Position numbers and translations under genes: made by a program
The notes under the pieces: generated by a model
Told to the model about the DNA's origin: nothing
Seen by the model: only the letters and a program-made list of their open reading frames with translations
Database searches by the model: none
Assembly (NCBI RefSeq): GCF_000012805.1
Contig: NC_007484.1
Location: 1,440,001 to 1,472,000 of the forward strand
Source: Nitrosococcus oceani ATCC 19707
GTDB lineage: Bacteria; Pseudomonadota; Gammaproteobacteria; Nitrosococcales; Nitrosococcaceae
DNA: 32,000 nucleotides
Direction: 5' to 3'
Part shown: positions 1 through 9,582 of the stretch, in pieces
Layout of the letters: each line of letters begins with the position of its first letter
How positions within the stretch are numbered: the first letter of the stretch is position 1

Positions 1-1010
1 CAGTGAGAGGCGACCCCCAGTTCGGCTTCCCCGTGCATCTGCAAGGAGCGGATCTGAATCTCCATGGGTTTTCCCGCTGAGTCAAAAACCGCGGTATGCA
101 GGGAACGATAACCATTGGGTTTGGGGTGGGCAATATAATCGTCAAATTCCTCAGGGATGGGTGTCCAGAGCGTGTGTACCAGGCTTAGGGCCGCATAGCA
201 ATCCCTCACATCCACCACAATGACCCGAAAGGCATGGACATCAAATAGTTGATGGAAGTCTAGGTTTTTAGCCTGCATCTTCTTCCAGATGCTGTAAAGA
301 TGTTTAGGGCGACCGCTGATTTGACCTTGGATGCCTGCCTGGGCAAGTGCTTCTTTGATCTGTTCTTTTACCTTGATAATATATCGCTCACGGTCTATCT
401 GCCGCTTATTCAGCGCTTTGGTTAGCCGTTGGTAAGTCTGGGGCTCCAGATAGCGCAAGGCTAAATCTTCCAGTTCCCATTTGAGTTGCCAGATACCCAG
501 GCGATTAGCCAGAGGGGCGAAGATATCCAGAGTTTCTTGGGCTAAAGTTTGGCGAGTCGCTGCGGTTTCATTGTTAGCATTGCGCAGGCGATAGAGGTGA
601 TCAGCCAAGCGTACGAGGACGACCCGGGGGTCTTCCACAATAGCCAGTAACATCTTACGTAGTTTTTCGGCTTGAATCGGATCTTTTTCGTTATTAGTAC
701 GGTAGTGTTTTAGCACCGCCAGGCGCTCAGCGCCTTGGAGTAGCCGAGTAATTGTTGGAGCTAAATTTCTGGTGATAATTTCCTGTTTAAGCAGCCCTGC
801 TTCCATCGCTGGCAACAATAGTCCAGCAATTTGGGTCTCGGTATCTACTTGCAACTTTGCCAGCAACTCCACAATGGCGTCTCCCTGGACGATCAAAGAC
901 ATCACTTGGCTCTTATCATCAATTTGATCTGCTAGAAGCTCCCGGGCTTCTTCCAATTGGGAGGCAGACTGAGGCGATAAATGATCAGCGTGGTGTTGAG
1001 TTGAAATCAT
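1..1010 (-). CDS. relA: GTP pyrophosphokinase RelA, 5' part only (about 336 codons; the gene continues past the left window edge)
   Basis: Absent from the ORF track because it runs off the edge. My minus-strand translation from ATG 1010..1008 reads MISTQHHADHLSPQSASQLEEARELL...ANRLGIWQLKWELEDLALRYLEP...GRPKHLYSIWKKMQAKNLDFHQLFDVHAFRVIV...AHPKPNGYRSLHTAVF...MEIQIRSLQMHGEAELGVASH. This is colinear with the E. coli RelA synthetase region (RLGIGQLKWELED, GRPKHIYSIWRKMQ, NPKPNGYQSIHT, EIQIRT). The hydrolase HD position is degenerate (LLLPAMEAG), as in RelA rather than SpoT. Confidence 0.85.
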   Translation of the reverse strand, partial: MISTQHHADHLSPQSASQLEEARELLADQIDDKSQVMSLIVQGDAIVELLAKLQVDTETQIAGLLLPAMEAGLLKQEIITRNLAPTITRLLQGAERLAVLKHYRTNNEKDPIQAEKLRKMLLAIVEDPRVVLVRLADHLYRLRNANNETAATRQTLAQETLDIFAPLANRLGIWQLKWELEDLALRYLEPQTYQRLTKALNKRQIDRERYIIKVKEQIKEALAQAGIQGQISGRPKHLYSIWKKMQAKNLDFHQLFDVHAFRVIVVDVRDCYAALSLVHTLWTPIPEEFDDYIAHPKPNGYRSLHTAVFDSAGKPMEIQIRSLQMHGEAELGVASH

Positions 1011-1032
1011 AGAGCGATATTTGGGGTTTTAA

Positions 1033-4000
1033 TTAAATCTCTTTCCATTGAGCGGCTAACCGCTTAGGGGAGACTGGGCGCTTGGTCCCCAGTTCCTGGG
1101 CAAAAAGGGAGATCCGGTATTCTTCCAACATCCAGCGATAAGTTTCCAGGGCGGGTACTACGCCGTCTTCCTGGTGCTGTATTTCCATTCTTTTTTGATA
1201 AGCTTGCCATAAAGGGGTGATTTCTGCCTGCCGTTGCTGATCTCGGCGGGGGTTCTCCTGCAATTTTGCAAGCCGCAGTTTTATCCCTTTGAGATAACGG
1301 GGAAGATGAATGAGCCATATTGGTGACGTCTGGTTGATAAAGCCATGATAGACCAAATGGGTTAGTTGTTCCTTCATATCACGAATGGAGTTTAGCCATG
1401 CAAAAGGAAGATTGCCCTTTAGCTGCCTGACGACCTCGTGATATTCGGTCAGAATTTCCTCTATGAGACGGCAAAATTCATTGGCGGTGCTCATCAGTTC
1501 GCCGCAGCCTTTTTCCTTACGGGCCATGAATTTTTCCCCGTTGCGAACGGGGGGGTGGTCGAGGATAAAAGTGCGGTCTATGATTCCCTGAATCAAGGCG
1601 TCTTTGAGGCTTTCGCAAGAGGATTGGGAGGGGGCACTGTCTCCCCACGGCATGGCCGGGAGGCTAGTGTAGTGCAAGCACATTTTTTGAATGCCCGGCA
1701 GATTTTTTCTTAAATATTTAATCTGCTGAGTTAATGCTAGCATAAATAAGCGCCGCAATCCCAGATGGGTAATCTCCTGTGCCGCCTCGGCTGAATCCAT
1801 AATGACCAGGGAAACTGCGGTTTCTGTATCCTGCAGCGCGGGATAACCCTTGAGTTTAAGCCCCTGGCGTTCTAATTCAATCCGTTCTGGCAATTCGCCA
1901 AAATCCCATTGGGTGATTCCTTCACGGGTTAGCTCGCTATTATCCCAGCCTCGAAAGCTGCGCTGGGCTTTGCTGGCCCACTGTCGTTGCAGGATGGCTA
2001 AATCCCTGCCTGTAGCCAACTCTTTATCTTTTTCATCCACTAGCCGGAAATTCATTTGCAGATGGAGTGGCAGATCTACTTCTTGCCAGCAGGTGGCAGA
2101 GAGGGGGACTCCCGTCATGCTTTGGAGGTGGCGAGCTAGCCTGTCCAACAACGGACCTTGCGCCGGAGATAAGGCGCGAATACAAGCCTCTGCAAAATCA
2201 GGCACGGGCACGAAATTACGGCGCAGGCCCTTAGGTAAGGCTTTAATTAGGCAAATGATTTTTTCTTTAAGCAGTCCTGGGACTAGCCATTGAAAATGGC
2301 TTGCTTCCAATTGATTGAGCACGGCGAGGGGGACGGTTAGCGTTACCCCATCCGCGGGATGGCCCGGTTCAAAGTGATAGGACAAGGCAAGGGGGAGACC
2401 TTTTACGGTCATTTGATCGGGAAAACGCACTCCTGTTATCTCTTTTGCATCATGGCGCATCAACTCTTCCCGGCTGAGGAATAATAGTTGGGGATTTTTT
2501 TTCTCCGCCTGCTGGCGCCATTTCTTAAAGCCAGCGCCATTGTAGACTCCCGCTGGAAGCCGCTCCTCATAGAATTGATAGAGGCTCTGCTCATCAATAA
2601 GCACATCCCGCCGCCGGCTCTTGTGCTCTAGTTCCTCTATTTCTGCGATGAGTTTTTGGTTATGGCGGAAGAAGGGGGCCTGGGTATCATAGTCGCCATT
2701 AACCAGGGCTTCACGAATAAAGATTTCCCGCGCCTCTTCGGGGTTAACAGGACCATAATGAATCCGGCGCTTAGGAATCACCGTAAGACCGTAGAGGGTG
2801 ATCCGTTCATAGGCTATTACCTGAGCGGGGCGTTTCTCCCAATGGGGGTCAAAATAACTGCGTTTAACGAGATGGAGGGCAAGAGCTTCAAGCCATTCAG
2901 GCTCAATTTTACCGGCGCAGCGAGCATAAAGCCGGGAGGTTTCCACCAGTTCCGCCGCCATGATCCACTTGGGACTCTTTTTAAAGAGAGCAGATCCAGG
3001 GAAGATCTGGAGCTTAATATTTCTCGCACCCAGATAGTGATCTTTTTCCGATTTAACAGCAATATTGCCCAGCAAACCCGTGAGCAGCGCCCGATGAATA
3101 GCTCCGTATTCCGCTGCCACCTGATTGGGGCGAAAGCCAATATTGGTGGCCAGTAGTTTGAGCTGCTGATGGATATCGCGCCATTCTCGGAGGCGCAAAT
3201 AGGAAAGAAAATGTTCCCGGCAGTAGGCTCGGAGCTTATTTTGGGAGAGACGGGCTCGTTGGCGATGAAGGTCCTCCCACAATTTCAGATAAGAGAGAAA
3301 ATCAGAGCGTTCATCTTGAAACCTGGAATGGGCCTCATCGGCGGCTTGCTGGGCCTCAAGCGGACGCTCCCGTGGGTCTTGAATACTGAGGGCGCTGGCG
3401 ATGATAAGCATTTCGCTAAGGCAATGGAATTCGTCACCTGCCAATACCATTCGGCCAATACGAGGGTCAATGGGCAATCGCGCCAGTCGTTGACCTAGGG
3501 GGGTTAAATTCTGGGCCTTGTCTACGGCCCCCAGTTCAGCTAGCAGCCGCAGGCCATCATTAATCATTTTGGGGAGGGGGGGATCGAGAAAGGGAAAATC
3601 TTCTACCGCTCCCAATTGCAAAGACTTCATTTGCAGAATAACCGATGCCAGATTAGTTCGGAGGACTTCCGGATCGGTAAATTCAGGCCGGCCGAGAAAA
3701 TCTTCCTCGCTATAGAGCCGGATGCAAACGCCGGTCGCAACGCGGCCACAACGGCCTGCCCGCTGATTAGCACTGGATTGGGAAATTTTTTCGATAGGCA
3801 ACCGCTGCACCTTGCTGCGTACGCTGTAGCGGCTCAGGCGGGCCAAGCCCGGATCTACAACGTAATGAATACCCGGCACCGTTAAAGACGTTTCCGCAAC
3901 ATTTGTTGCTAGCACGATGCGTCTTCCCGAATGGGGTTTGAAAACCCGGTTCTGCTCGGTGGAGGAAAGCCGGGCATAAAGGGGCAGGATTTCGGTATGG

Positions 4001-4923
4001 GGGGGATGATGCTTGCGCAATGCCTCGGCAGTCTCGCGTATTTCCCGCTCCCCAGGGAGAAAAACCAAAATGTCCCCTGGACCCAGACGCGACAGTTCAT
4101 CCACGGCATCTAGAATACCCTCAGATAAGTTCCGCTCCTGGGTTTCTTGTTCGCCACAAAGGGGGCGATAGCGGATCTCTACCGGATAAGTGCGTCCGGA
4201 AACCTCGATAATGGGGGCCTGGCCAAAATGCTGGGAAAAGCGTTCGGTATCAATCGTGGCAGAGGTAATAATAACCTTGAGATCAGGCCGTTTTGGCAGC
4301 AGTTGCTTGAGATAGCCCAGCAGAAAATCAATATTGAGACTGCGCTCATGGGCTTCATCGATAATGAGGGTATCGTATTGGTCTAGAAAGCGGTCCCCCT
4401 GAGTTTCAGCCAAGAGAATACCGTCGGTCATGAGCTTAATATAGGTGCTAGGGCTAACCTGATCATGGAAACGGACTTTATAGCCCACGATTTGCCCCAG
4501 ATCACTATTGAGTTCCTTGGCAATTCGGTTGGCTACAGTGCGGGCCGCAATTCGGCGTGGTTGGGTATGGCCAATCATACCCGCAACGCCGCGGCCCAGT
4601 TCCAAGCATATTTTAGGCAATTGGGTGGTTTTTCCAGAACCCGTCTCGCCACATAAAATCACCACTTGATGATTACGGATAGCTGCGCCAATTTCCTCTC
4701 GCCGTTCAATGACTGGCAAGGATTGCTCAAAAGCTGGTCTGGGCAGTTGGCTTTGGCGCTGTTCCCGCCATAGGCGAGAGTCTTCAATGGCCTGGGTTAG
4801 GTGGCCTAAATTGTAACTTGAATTTCCTTTAGTTAGCCGTTGCAGGCGCCGTTTTAGTCGATGCTGATCGCGCTGCATGCAGGAGGAAATTTTTGAGGCT
4901 AAGGTTTTTAGTTGTGGCTGCAA
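1033..4923 (-). CDS. hrpA: ATP-dependent RNA helicase HrpA (DEAH-box)
   Basis: 1296-aa ORF with Walker A GETGSGKTTQ and DEAH box IIDEAHERS, followed by the long HrpA-type C-terminal extension. The length is typical of HrpA. It ends 22 nt upstream of the relA start on the same strand. Confidence 0.95.
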   Translation of the reverse strand: MQPQLKTLASKISSCMQRDQHRLKRRLQRLTKGNSSYNLGHLTQAIEDSRLWREQRQSQLPRPAFEQSLPVIERREEIGAAIRNHQVVILCGETGSGKTTQLPKICLELGRGVAGMIGHTQPRRIAARTVANRIAKELNSDLGQIVGYKVRFHDQVSPSTYIKLMTDGILLAETQGDRFLDQYDTLIIDEAHERSLNIDFLLGYLKQLLPKRPDLKVIITSATIDTERFSQHFGQAPIIEVSGRTYPVEIRYRPLCGEQETQERNLSEGILDAVDELSRLGPGDILVFLPGEREIRETAEALRKHHPPHTEILPLYARLSSTEQNRVFKPHSGRRIVLATNVAETSLTVPGIHYVVDPGLARLSRYSVRSKVQRLPIEKISQSSANQRAGRCGRVATGVCIRLYSEEDFLGRPEFTDPEVLRTNLASVILQMKSLQLGAVEDFPFLDPPLPKMINDGLRLLAELGAVDKAQNLTPLGQRLARLPIDPRIGRMVLAGDEFHCLSEMLIIASALSIQDPRERPLEAQQAADEAHSRFQDERSDFLSYLKLWEDLHRQRARLSQNKLRAYCREHFLSYLRLREWRDIHQQLKLLATNIGFRPNQVAAEYGAIHRALLTGLLGNIAVKSEKDHYLGARNIKLQIFPGSALFKKSPKWIMAAELVETSRLYARCAGKIEPEWLEALALHLVKRSYFDPHWEKRPAQVIAYERITLYGLTVIPKRRIHYGPVNPEEAREIFIREALVNGDYDTQAPFFRHNQKLIAEIEELEHKSRRRDVLIDEQSLYQFYEERLPAGVYNGAGFKKWRQQAEKKNPQLLFLSREELMRHDAKEITGVRFPDQMTVKGLPLALSYHFEPGHPADGVTLTVPLAVLNQLEASHFQWLVPGLLKEKIICLIKALPKGLRRNFVPVPDFAEACIRALSPAQGPLLDRLARHLQSMTGVPLSATCWQEVDLPLHLQMNFRLVDEKDKELATGRDLAILQRQWASKAQRSFRGWDNSELTREGITQWDFGELPERIELERQGLKLKGYPALQDTETAVSLVIMDSAEAAQEITHLGLRRLFMLALTQQIKYLRKNLPGIQKMCLHYTSLPAMPWGDSAPSQSSCESLKDALIQGIIDRTFILDHPPVRNGEKFMARKEKGCGELMSTANEFCRLIEEILTEYHEVVRQLKGNLPFAWLNSIRDMKEQLTHLVYHGFINQTSPIWLIHLPRYLKGIKLRLAKLQENPRRDQQRQAEITPLWQAYQKRMEIQHQEDGVVPALETYRWMLEEYRISLFAQELGTKRPVSPKRLAAQWKEI

Positions 4924-5320
4924 GATAATGGAATCCGTTACGCAAGAAGCTGAAAATTTGCAAATTTTCTATTTTACTAAGCTGGTTGCAGTTAGCAAAG
5001 CAAACAGCTCTTAATAGGCATATAAATAATTTATAAATCAATAATTAACCGGCTTATTTTGAACTTGTTTTTACGCACTGGTCTAAAATAATAGAGCACT
5101 GAAGATAAGGGGAGGAAAAGCAGGGGGATGTATTTATGAATTTTGTAAAAGGTATAGTATACAAAATCTAATTCTTTGTTTTAAGTAATAAAAATACATC
5201 TTTTATTTAAGTTGATTTTTAGATTGATATGGAGTATGAAAGTCTCTTGGGTTAGCGCAATGGCTGAGGGCAGGTTGAAAATAATGAATGCTCTTGATTA
5301 GCGTTACTTAAAGAGAGGGG

Positions 5321-5373
5321 TACGCGGTTCTACCTTCCCTCGGCTTTTAGCCGAGGGAAGGTAGAACCGCGTA
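5321..5373. repeat. Perfect 24-25 bp inverted repeat (long hairpin) in an AT-rich divergent intergenic region
   Basis: The arm TACGCGGTTCTACCTTCCCTCGGC (5321..5344) and its exact reverse complement GCCGAGGGAAGGTAGAACCGCGTA (5350..5373) are separated by a short T-rich loop. No U-tract follows on either strand. Confidence 0.9.
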
Positions 5374-5439
5374 TTAGCATGGGCTGAGAATAAGGACTTT
5401 TCTGCCAAGCCCATGGTTTTGGTGAGGACTGGTTAACTT

Positions 5440-5922
5440 ATGAAGCACACTAATGTAAATCCTATTAAAAATAATAAAATGAATAAGGATAGTATAAAAG
5501 TAATTATTGGAGGCCCTCTTGGTATTCTTGCCTGGAGCGCATCAGCGGGGACGATGTTAATTATTTTTGTCTGGGGATTGGAGAAGTCTGCGCTTGCCGT
5601 GGTAATTGTCAAAACGGTTTCCTGGGGGATGTGGGGGGTGGGGGTACTGCGCGAGAATTTAAAAAAACGTGTTAATTTATTAAATAAAACAAAAAAATCC
5701 TCGTTTCACCTTTCCTGGGGATTGGTCTTTTGCTTACGCTCGATGGGTGAGCGGGAGCGGCCGGATTACCATTTGCTCTTGATGAGTGTGAGCTTCCACC
5801 GCGAGTACCATATTCCTGTTGAATATCATCTTTCCGCGCTTACTCATACCCATTTTCATTTACCAGAGGTAAACCGTCGCCTCCCCAACCCCCCAGATAC
5901 CCCGAATTTATCGCCTGAGTAA
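5440..5922 (+). CDS. Hypothetical small membrane protein (two hydrophobic segments, His-rich tail)
   Basis: 160-aa ORF in an AT-rich segment. It has hydrophobic stretches GGPLGILAWSASAGTMLIIFVWGL and ALAVVIVKTVSWGMWGVGVL. I recognise no family and the ribosome-binding site is weak. Confidence 0.35.
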   Translation: MKHTNVNPIKNNKMNKDSIKVIIGGPLGILAWSASAGTMLIIFVWGLEKSALAVVIVKTVSWGMWGVGVLRENLKKRVNLLNKTKKSSFHLSWGLVFCLRSMGERERPDYHLLLMSVSFHREYHIPVEYHLSALTHTHFHLPEVNRRLPNPPDTPNLSPE

Positions 5923-6113
5923 GTTACACAGCTTACCGCAGTCCTTCCGGGATTTTATTTATAAGAAGTAAAAATGTCTCGCCCTAGGGTGTTATTTCCT
6001 AATCCTAGGTGCCAAAGGAAAAGTAATTAAGTAATATGATAGTGTGGCACGCTAAATGAACGTCACGCTTGAATCGCACTTCAAAATATAAAAAACATTT
6101 TGTGTAAAAAACC

Positions 6114-8411
6114 ATGAAATCGGCAGAGATAATTGCTCAGGAGCTCGAAATCCAGCGTGAGCAGGCAAGTGCGGCTATATGCCTATTAGATGAAGGCGCC
6201 ACGGTGCCTTTTGTGGCCCGTTATCGAAAAGAAGCTACGGGTGGGATGGATGATACTCAGCTGCGTTATTTAGAAAGCCGTTTAGTTTATTTACGCGAGC
6301 TTGAAGAACGCAGGGAGACGATTGCATGTTCCATCGAAAAACAAGATAAGCTAACTGCGGAATTAGAACAGCAGCTTCTAGCGGCAATGACCAAGACCGA
6401 GTTGGAAGATTTATATCTGCCCTATAAGCCAAAGCGGCGCACTAAAGCGCAAATGGCTCGTGAGGCAGGTCTTGAACCGCTCGCATTACAGCTGTTGGAA
6501 AATCCGGAACTCGATCCAGAAACAATAGCGGCGGATTATTTAAATCCGGATAAGGGTATTGAAGAGGTATCAGCAGCCTTAGAAGGTGCGCGGCGGATTT
6601 TAATGGAGCATTTTGCTGAGGAGGCTGGTTTGTTGGGCCAGCTCAGGGAATACCTATGGAAACAGGGTGAGCTGAGGGCTAAAGTTCAGGATGGGAAAGG
6701 GGAACAAGGCTGTAAGTTCGCGGATTATTTTGATTACCAAGAAGCCATTTGCAAAATTCCCTCCCATCGGGCCTTGGCGCTTTTTCGTGGTCAGAATGAA
6801 GGAGTGCTTAAATTAACCCTAGATACGCCCGCTAGGGAGGGGAGAGAAGAACATCCCTGTGAATTCATGATGGCTAAACATTTCGGGGTTAGAGAGCAAG
6901 GACGGCCTGCTGATGCTTGGTTGCTGCAAGCTGTACGGTGGGCTTGGAAAATAAAGCTTTACCCCCGCCTAGAGGCGGATCTCAAACTACGCCTGCGTGA
7001 GCAGGCAGAGGAAACAGCTATCGACGTCTTTTCCCGGAATTTGCGTAGTCTGCTATTAGCTGCTCCGGCAGGTCCCCGTCCAATTTTAGGACTCGATCCT
7101 GGTTTCCGTACGGGTGTGAAAGTTGCCGTCATCGATGAGACAGGGAAGCTACTAGAAACCGCCACGATCTATCCCCATCCACCCCAAAAACAGTGGGATG
7201 CTGCGATTGATATTCTCTCTAGTTTGTTAAAGAAGCATAGGGTTGAATTGGTTGGTATTGGCAACGGTACGGCATCCCGGGAAACTGAGCAGTTGGTGGT
7301 GGAACTTTTAAAGAAATTCCCGCAGTTCGAGCTACAAAAGCTACTGATAAGCGAAGCGGGTGCCTCTGTATACTCTGCTTCTGCTGGTGCAGCCCAAGAA
7401 TTTCCGGATCTTGATGTCTCCTTACGAGGCGCTGTTTCCATTGCTCGCCGTTTGCAAGATCCTCTAGCGGAACTAGTTAAAATCGATCCCAAATCTATCG
7501 GTGTTGGCCAGTATCAGCATGATGTCAATCAGTCCCAGCTAGGTCGGGCGCTGGTGGGCGCCGTGGAAGATTGTGTTAATGCAGTGGGGGTTGATATCAA
7601 TACGGCTTCTCCAGCCCTGCTGTCCTATGTATCCGGCTTTACTTCCACGGTAGCCCGCAACACTGTGGAGTACCGCGATACTCATGGCCCCTTTGCCTCC
7701 CGCGAGGGCCTCAAGCAGATTCCCCGTTTTGGAGTGAAGACGTTTGAGCAAGCAGCCGGCTTCCTGCGCATCAGAGGAGGGGATAATCCGCTTGATGCCT
7801 CAGCAGTCCACCCAGAAACTTATCCTGTCGTGCAAAAAATCATGGCTGCGACCGGGCGTGATATACACCGTTTGATTGGTCATAGTGATTTTCTGAATTC
7901 CCTTGACCCGGCCTTATTCATCGATGAGCAATTTGGTCTGCCTACGTTTCAAGATATCCTCAGGGAACTCGAGAAACCAGGGCGGGATCCTCGGCCTGCC
8001 TTTAAAACCGCAGCATTTAAGGAAGAGATCCAAACTTTGGAGGATCTTAAGCCAGGAATGATCCTAGAAGGTGTGGCCACCAATGTCACTGCCTTTGGTG
8101 CTTTCGTGGATGTAGGGGTGCATCAAGATGGGTTAGTGCATATTTCCGCCTTGGCAGACCGGTTTGTAAAAGATCCTCATGAGATCGTTTCAGCAGGGGA
8201 TATTGTGAAAGTAAAAGTCCTGGAGGTTGATAACGTTCGTCAGCGAATTGGCTTAACCATGCGATTAGGCGAGATGGAAGAAAAACAGTCATCCCAGCTT
8301 GCAGCTAAAGGGCACATGAAAAAAACTCGGCGTAGTAAAGCTAAGTTGCCGCCAACTGTTCAAGGAGGGGCAATGGCAGAAGCCTTTTCGCGGGCAAAAA
8401 AAAGCACTTAG
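6114..8411 (+). CDS. tex: Transcription accessory protein Tex (YqgF-like core plus C-terminal S1 domain)
   Basis: 765-aa ORF with the YqgF/RuvC-like segment [18 protein letters not shown], a helix-hairpin-helix region, and the S1 domain [31 protein letters not shown]...VKVKVLEVD. Confidence 0.95.
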   Translation: MKSAEIIAQELEIQREQASAAICLLDEGATVPFVARYRKEATGGMDDTQLRYLESRLVYLRELEERRETIACSIEKQDKLTAELEQQLLAAMTKTELEDLYLPYKPKRRTKAQMAREAGLEPLALQLLENPELDPETIAADYLNPDKGIEEVSAALEGARRILMEHFAEEAGLLGQLREYLWKQGELRAKVQDGKGEQGCKFADYFDYQEAICKIPSHRALALFRGQNEGVLKLTLDTPAREGREEHPCEFMMAKHFGVREQGRPADAWLLQAVRWAWKIKLYPRLEADLKLRLREQAEETAIDVFSRNLRSLLLAAPAGPRPILGLDPGFRTGVKVAVIDETGKLLETATIYPHPPQKQWDAAIDILSSLLKKHRVELVGIGNGTASRETEQLVVELLKKFPQFELQKLLISEAGASVYSASAGAAQEFPDLDVSLRGAVSIARRLQDPLAELVKIDPKSIGVGQYQHDVNQSQLGRALVGAVEDCVNAVGVDINTASPALLSYVSGFTSTVARNTVEYRDTHGPFASREGLKQIPRFGVKTFEQAAGFLRIRGGDNPLDASAVHPETYPVVQKIMAATGRDIHRLIGHSDFLNSLDPALFIDEQFGLPTFQDILRELEKPGRDPRPAFKTAAFKEEIQTLEDLKPGMILEGVATNVTAFGAFVDVGVHQDGLVHISALADRFVKDPHEIVSAGDIVKVKVLEVDNVRQRIGLTMRLGEMEEKQSSQLAAKGHMKKTRRSKAKLPPTVQGGAMAEAFSRAKKST

Positions 8412-8428
8412 AAAAACTAAGTGCTTTT
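8400..8428. terminator. Bidirectional Rho-independent terminator between convergent tex and the DUF2024 gene
   Basis: AAAGCACTTAG-AAAAA-CTAAGTGCTTT forms a 9-11 bp perfect stem, with an A-run on the left and a T-run on the right. The tex stop codon TAG (8409..8411) lies inside the stem. Confidence 0.7.
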
Positions 8429-8536
8429 AACCGGGGGAACAGTACTAGCCGGAGCTGCGGAACCTTATTAAAACTAGTCTGATAAAGATTAAGTGCTGCG
8501 GCAAAATACTCGCAGATTACCTTAGCGCGAATTAGC

Positions 8537-8809
8537 TTATCGCTCTGGCGAAGGGCAGCCCTCCATCTGATAAATATAGTATCCGTGTTGTTTGATGTGT
8601 TGCTGTACTTTAGGATTAGCAGCTTCACTATGACAATAAGCGCAAGATTCCTGCTGGACATCTTTTGCATGGATACCGATACTTTCAAGCCACTCTTTAG
8701 CATATTGCCGCGCAAGTTCTCCCTGCTTGCCCGTAGGAAGGAAAACATCAAAATGAAGTCGTTTGCCTTCCGTTGTAGTGACATAGGTATCAAACACGTC
8801 AATTTGCAT
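8537..8809 (-). CDS. DUF2024-like small protein
   Basis: 90-aa ORF MQIDVFDTYVTTTEGKRLHFDVFLP...CAYCHSE...GYYIYQMEGC. From memory it matches the DUF2024 pattern (hVaDThV...G..hHFDV...C.FCHS...GY.I..MEGC). GGAG lies 9 nt upstream of the ATG. Confidence 0.65.
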   Translation of the reverse strand: MQIDVFDTYVTTTEGKRLHFDVFLPTGKQGELARQYAKEWLESIGIHAKDVQQESCAYCHSEAANPKVQQHIKQHGYYIYQMEGCPSPER

Positions 8810-9080
8810 ATAATTTGCTCCATTTCTGACACTCTCCGCCCGATTGGGCGGAAATTCTTGGGTCGCCCCGGGAACCTTCCTGCTTCGTTCTGCAAGGCGC
8901 TTATATCACCGCCCGCATTGAGCGATGCTTAACGCGCTATTTGGTAAATAAATCGGTATTCGTTGCTTATAAGCCTAGGACCGATTATACGGAAATGGGC
9001 GATAGCAAGCATATGTGGTGATATTTTCCCGCTTGGCGCGCCATTTCATTTTATAATCCCGCTTGGGAGCGCATATTTTT

Positions 9081-9373
9081 ATTGGAGTTTCGCCATGACT
9101 GATGTCAATTTTGTTCCTACACAAAACCTCATCAGCCTGGAGAATTCGCGCTTCAAGGGGTGCCTTGGGCTGGCCACGACTTAGCGCGCAAGGCCCTCGG
9201 TTGGGTATCACCCTCCACGCGCATCACTTACCCTCCTGCCGAGGGTAGGTCGCGCTCTTGGCAAGAGGGAAAATATAGCGCGAATTGGTGGCGAAACGCA
9301 AGCCATGTTGGCCCCCGCGCTCGCAGCAAAGTTTCACTTCGCACGCTCATGAGGGGGTCATTCAACATCCATG
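9081..9373 (-). mobile_element. tnpB-less IS200/IS605-family derivative (MITE/PATE-like), copy A
   Basis: Its reverse complement aligns end to end with 17189..17478. Its ends also match the ends of the full tnpB element at 14847..16289: left end CATGGATG..GACCCCC..GAGCGTGCGAAGTGAAA, right end GGCGAAACTCCAAT. It keeps the last ~10 tnpB codons (AGTGATGCGCGTGGAGGGTGA, reading S D A R G G stop). Confidence 0.75.
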
Positions 9374-9582
9374 TTTAATTCCAATGTTAGAAATGTCTTT
9401 ACTCTGTTTGCTAAGCAATTTACTGTTGTATATATAAAAAAAGTATAATAAATAATTTTTTATTACTTTACATTATAAGGCTTGTTTGCTATTTTTTTGC
9501 CTTAATGAAGGCTTATCGCCAGAATCATCACGGTTTTTTGGCAAGTCATAAGAATTACTAGGAAGCACTGACATAATTCGCC

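Noticed and set aside
1064-4656. Many 60-166-aa ORFs inside and antisense to hrpA, with similar ones inside tex, cysJ, cysI, pepN, shc and the phosphonate genes
   Set aside because: All are nested within long, motif-supported genes and have no independent support.
8341-8895. 184-aa minus-strand ORF spanning the tex 3' end and the DUF2024 gene
   Set aside because: It overlaps a better-supported ORF in another frame and the terminator. It shows no motif and has a low-complexity composition.
9027-9066. Direct repeat TCCCGCTTGG (9027..9036 and 9057..9066) just outside MITE copy A
   Set aside because: Two 10-nt copies could be chance or a small binding site. I cannot support any function from the sequence alone.
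8963-9378. Small ORFs (73, 78 and 72 aa) across MITE copy A, and the analogous 78/118/60-aa ORFs at 17101..17566
   Set aside because: The same repeat DNA is open in different frames in the two copies. Indels between the copies are not multiples of three. The only real coding remnant is about 10 terminal tnpB codons.
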